Below, in pieces: positions 62,661-64,000 of a stretch of 64,000 nt of DNA. Position 1 is the stretch's first letter, and every line of letters starts with the position of its first letter. This DNA is from Basidiobolus meristosporus CBS 931.73 (Eukaryota > Fungi > Basidiobolomycota), in the NCBI GenBank assembly GCA_002104905.1, contig MCFE01000332.1, positions 28,983-92,982 on the forward strand, given 5' to 3'. A program made the position numbers and the translations under genes. The notes under the pieces are model-generated. The model made no database searches, was not told where the DNA came from, and worked only from the letters and a program-made list of their open reading frames with translations.

Positions 62661-63545
62661 ATGACTTACTCATCTGAATGGTCTTTTCTCATCAATCCCA
62701 TCACTACCACTGGATTTCCTTTTGACACACTGGAGGAGATCTATTCCAAGTACTGTGGACCATCAACCCCAATCTACTCAAGGAGATCCCTTGTTAAGCT
62801 TCTCTGCTATTACAAGAACTATTGCCCTACAAGGTTTCATCCCACCATCCATGGCAACAAAAGTCCTAGAAGCTTTCATTCCCAGCTGACAGCAATGGAG
62901 AACCACCTTGCAGAGGGTATGAATGACTTAGAGCAAGCTTGGAATACTAGGTTCAGAAGCTCCAATAGACTTCCATATCCCAGAGTGTTCAGCAACAGGT
63001 TCCATATCAGGAGTATTTTGGATACCTTCCCAGTGAGGATTAACAGACCTTCTAGAGGGCAGAGGCACTTTTATTCTGGCAAGTACAAGGCACACTGTGT
63101 GAAGTTTCAAGCACTGTCTGACATTGAGGGTAACATCATCTGGTTTAGTGGGCCATTTGCTGGAAGTAGGCATGACAAAGCACTCTGGGTAGAGAATCAT
63201 CCTGAATTCAGTAGAGGGGAGAAATGTATGGCAGACTTAGCCTATATAGGAGAGGATTGTCAGAGATTAGGATGTATTACAGCTTATAGGAAGCCAAGGA
63301 ATGGTGTGCTTAGCAGGAAGCAGAAGCTCTACAATGAGATATTTAATCATTTCAGAGTAAGGGTAGAGCACACATTTGGATATCTGAAGAGATTCAGCAT
63401 ATTGGCAGGTAAATACAGAGGAAAGTCATATATAGGAGAAAACAGCAGAATAGGTAAAATAGTTAAGATACTTATTAATGCACAGTATGTTCATACAAGA
63501 AGACATCCACTGAGAGAAATGTGTCTGGAGCATTATGAAGAGTAA
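62661..63545 (+). CDS. DDE_Tnp_4-family (Harbinger/IS5-like) transposase, 294 aa, intact
   Basis: Complete ORF with D (LDTFP), D (ADLAY) and E (RVEHTFG). Only a few residues differ from 727-1611. Confidence 0.93.
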   Translation: MTYSSEWSFLINPITTTGFPFDTLEEIYSKYCGPSTPIYSRRSLVKLLCYYKNYCPTRFHPTIHGNKSPRSFHSQLTAMENHLAEGMNDLEQAWNTRFRSSNRLPYPRVFSNRFHIRSILDTFPVRINRPSRGQRHFYSGKYKAHCVKFQALSDIEGNIIWFSGPFAGSRHDKALWVENHPEFSRGEKCMADLAYIGEDCQRLGCITAYRKPRNGVLSRKQKLYNEIFNHFRVRVEHTFGYLKRFSILAGKYRGKSYIGENSRIGKIVKILINAQYVHTRRHPLREMCLEHYEE

Positions 63546-64000
63546 ATAAAGCAAGGAAAGCACTATTCTGAGCAACATAAGTAAGATTGAGTAAAATTAC
63601 CAGTAACTGTATCATACCACTGGCATCATGGTAGAAATTATAGTGCCAGATAGTGCCGTAGAGTGCCAGATCGATCCGGCACTATAAACAGGCTGGCACT
63701 ATGTGGCACTATCCAACAGAACAAGTCTATTAAACATCATTCATACTTGAAGCTATAGAGAATAACTTAGTTAGCTTAGTTTACTGTCCTAAGATGAAAT
63801 GATTGCAGACATATTGCCAAATCATTAGCTAAAGACAAGTTTGAATATCTTAGGTCAAAATTAGGACTAGACAGTATGAATATTTAGCTGAGTGGAGTGC
63901 TGTGAAAATTTGTAATTCCACCTAAATACTCACCTAACTTAGTCACTTAGATCATTACCTTCAAATCCTAAAGAATACTGGCCAAATTCCTAGTTGGGAT

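Larger units (their letters stand above)
60327..63728 (+). mobile_element. DNA transposon H4, full length (3402 bp), young copy
   Basis: Ends AGACTTGTGCCATC and CAACAGAACAAGTCT, TSD ATT. The copia RNase H (KHIDI|KHH) is continuous across it. Confidence 0.95.
56451..63830 (+). pseudogene. Copia C gag-pol, disrupted; RNase H split by two insertions
   Basis: Gag AAKKMYLRQKFF, IDSGA at about 57212, HCEACIYGKQ, integrase, RT LYVDD. RNase H continues at 60251-60326 and again from 63729. Confidence 0.88.
55998..64000 (+). mobile_element. Ty1/copia family C element with nested solo LTR and H4; 3' LTR runs off the window
   Basis: 5' LTR 55998-56344, PBS GGTTATGAGCCC at 56345-56356, degenerate gag-pol, PPT GAGTGGAG at 63890-63897, 3' LTR from 63898. 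Confidence 0.9.

Noticed and set aside
545-63728. H1 and H4 as arms of one 63-kb composite or inverted segmental duplication
   Set aside because: Each copy has its own TSD (GTT versus ATT) and different host sequence, so they are independent insertions.

Overview
This is a eukaryotic transposon nest with no host genes. The host is most likely fungal and plausibly early-diverging, which is an inference from the Ty3 integrase and fungal-type CACTA motifs. Nearly all 64 kb is nested mobile DNA. (1) A ~3.4-kb two-ORF DNA transposon family, called H here, has four copies (545-5782, 27101-29506, 31375-34794, 60327-63728). It has AG...CT imperfect ~25-bp TIRs and 3-bp, mostly ANT, TSDs. It encodes an intronless 294-aa DDE_Tnp_4 (PIF/Harbinger-IS5-like, PHIS) transposase and a divergently transcribed ~415-aa orphan protein. 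(2) Two non-autonomous relatives share the H termini: a 734-bp fold-back element (three copies) and a 211-bp MITE. (3) There are three Ty3/gypsy families: A (Lys-tRNA PBS, ~1.07-kb LTR, 4-bp TSD), D (chromovirus) and E (nearly intact gag-pol). (4) There are two Ty1/copia families, B and C. (5) Several decayed EnSpm/CACTA-like elements have C(A/C)CTA termini, a Transposase_21-type gene and a divergent accessory gene. Older elements show heavy CpG-to-TpG/CpA decay. The only intact recognisable CDSs are two H transposases. The best candidate for an undescribed system is the H family: transposase, orphan ORF2, long hairpin MITE and end-specific MITE. All alignments were done by eye; no database searches were run.
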